From: the human T2T-CHM13v2.0 reference genome, Homo sapiens
Strand: one strand, 5' to 3'
Assembly (NCBI RefSeq): GCF_009914755.1
Contig: NC_060929.1
Length of the DNA stretch: 64,000 bases
Part shown: one piece after another, positions 62,583 to 64,000 of the stretch
Layout of the letters: the number at the start of each line of letters is the position of its first letter
Position numbering within the stretch: position 1 is the stretch's first letter
Notes under the pieces: model-generated
Databases searched by the model: none
The model's input: the letters and a program-made list of their open reading frames with translations, nothing else
Told to the model about the DNA's origin: nothing
Position numbers and translations under genes: made by a program

Positions 62583-63143
62583 GGAGACTGGAATAATCCA
62601 GGGTGGTCATAGGAGAAAAATCCCAGGCAGCAATTTGACATGATTAGAGGCTATATAGACCGATAAGACCCTGAAAAACAGGGTGTGGACCAAGCTGGCT
62701 AAGACCCACTGGACCCAACATGTTGATGGATTTGATCTAGGTTTCACCTAGGACCTCTTTATACGCTGATTCATGTACTCAATCACACACCCACCAGTGC
62801 CACGACAGCTGCGAGAACACCCATATTTGGTGTAGAAATGAGTGGCACCACAGTTCCGGGAAATCTCCACCTTTTTCCAGGAATTTTCATGAATATTCCA
62901 CCTCTTGGTTAAAGAAACCCATAAAGATAGAAACCCCAAACACTTCTGCCCAACTCTCTCTTGAGAATGCCCACAGCCCCCTCTCCTGAGTGTGTACTGT
63001 TTTCCCTTGCAAAAAATCACCATACTTTCACAATTTTCTGACTCATCCTTGAATTCGTTCTTGAGATGGTGTCAAGCGCCTGGACACTGGCTGGGGTTGA
63101 GGTCCCACTGGCGTTTGAGGACCTCCCCAGCCCACCGGTATTA
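62583..63143 (+). mobile_element. MER41-family (MER41E-like, ERV1) solo LTR
   Basis: gagactggaataatccagggtggtc...gataagaccctgaaaaacagggtgtggaccaagctggctaagac; 4-bp TSD ttat (62579-62582 / 63144-63147). Confidence 0.75.
62854..62883. promoter_or_regulatory. Tandem GAS (STAT) motifs
   Basis: TTCCGGGAA (62854-62862) and TTCCAGGAA (62875-62883). Confidence 0.6.
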
Positions 63144-63234
63144 TTATAATTTATAAAACAAGGGGATCTCAAGGGTCTCAATAAACGTGCGGATGACAAA
63201 GCCTCACTTGGCTACTGAGGAAAACCCAGTGCAA

Positions 63235-63440
63235 TGACTGGGCTTGGATTCTGAAGACTGGGGTCCCAGTCCTAGTTTTGTAACTTACTGATCGCGTGAC
63301 TGTGAAAGTCAGTTCATCTTATCTGGGCCTTCATTTCCTCACCTGTAAAATGGAGATATTAACATTTGCCCAGTCTGCCTTACAGGGTTATTCAGAGAAT
63401 CAAATAAGATAGTGGATTTGAAAACAAAACGTGATACAAA
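63235..63440 (+). mobile_element. MIR
   Basis: tctgggccttcatttcctcacctgtaaaatggagata. Confidence 0.8.
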
Positions 63441-64000
63441 ATTAGAGTCGTATTTAAAATTGTAATTGTTACTAGTTGCAATTGAACTAAGGGATCACAG
63501 TCCTGAACTCCCACTGGGAGCCCCAGGAGTGTTTCAGGGGAGGCCTCATCCTTGGTGGAGGAGGACACCCAAATCTCACCCAGTAGGGCAATTCTCCCTG
63601 TGTTTGGTGTTAAAAGGGACAAGGTTTGCTTGCAGATGAAGCTTGCTGAAAATCCACTTTGATGGGAGAATAGAATACTATAATAAAAAACACTCCACGC
63701 CCTCCCTGAATTCCAGGAAGTAAATTGGAAACAGTCCTCTCCAGCTTCTCTGAAAAGCTAAAGAGATCCTTTGGAGGAAAAAGCGGCTGGCTGCCGCTCC
63801 TCACAGTACTCACGAAATGTCCCCTCTCTCCAGATCTCAAGATCAGTGTCCTTTTGGAAACTGTCCAGAATCCAGAGTCTAAATACAGAGGCTTAAAAGT
63901 CCTGGGGCCCACTTGACAGGATGCCTCAGAAAATATTTGATCTGCTATTTTCTCTCTCCTCATTTCTGGTTCAGCCTAGAAAATGAGATCCAAGGACACA

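Overview
Primate (very probably human, chr5q33) euchromatic DNA, dense in repeats: about 45 Alu/FLAM copies plus L1ME, L2, MIR, LTR and hAT DNA-transposon relics. It holds parts of two minus-strand protein-coding genes. CCNJL is represented by its 5' end: CpG-island promoter, non-coding exon 1, and first coding exon 12416-12481 (MMDEPWWEGRVASDVHCTLREK); its downstream intron fills 1-12415. C1QTNF2/CTRP2 is represented by both coding exons (55267-55510 and 49693-50306; 858 nt, 285 aa); its first exon is not evident and probably lies beyond the window. A disabled SNRPE processed pseudogene sits at 27192-27665. I see no prokaryote-type system (CRISPR etc.) and no convincing new protein-coding gene. 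The most interesting unexplained signals are: (i) a distal exon-like segment near 40 kb that would splice in frame onto CCNJL; (ii) a stop-free, in-frame CCNJL leader with a duplicated RVASD peptide, plus a uORF created by splicing; (iii) a MER41-type LTR with tandem GAS/STAT sites inside C1QTNF2; (iv) a young 44-bp VNTR. Repeat family names come from recalled consensus sequences, and repeat boundaries are approximate unless a TSD is quoted.
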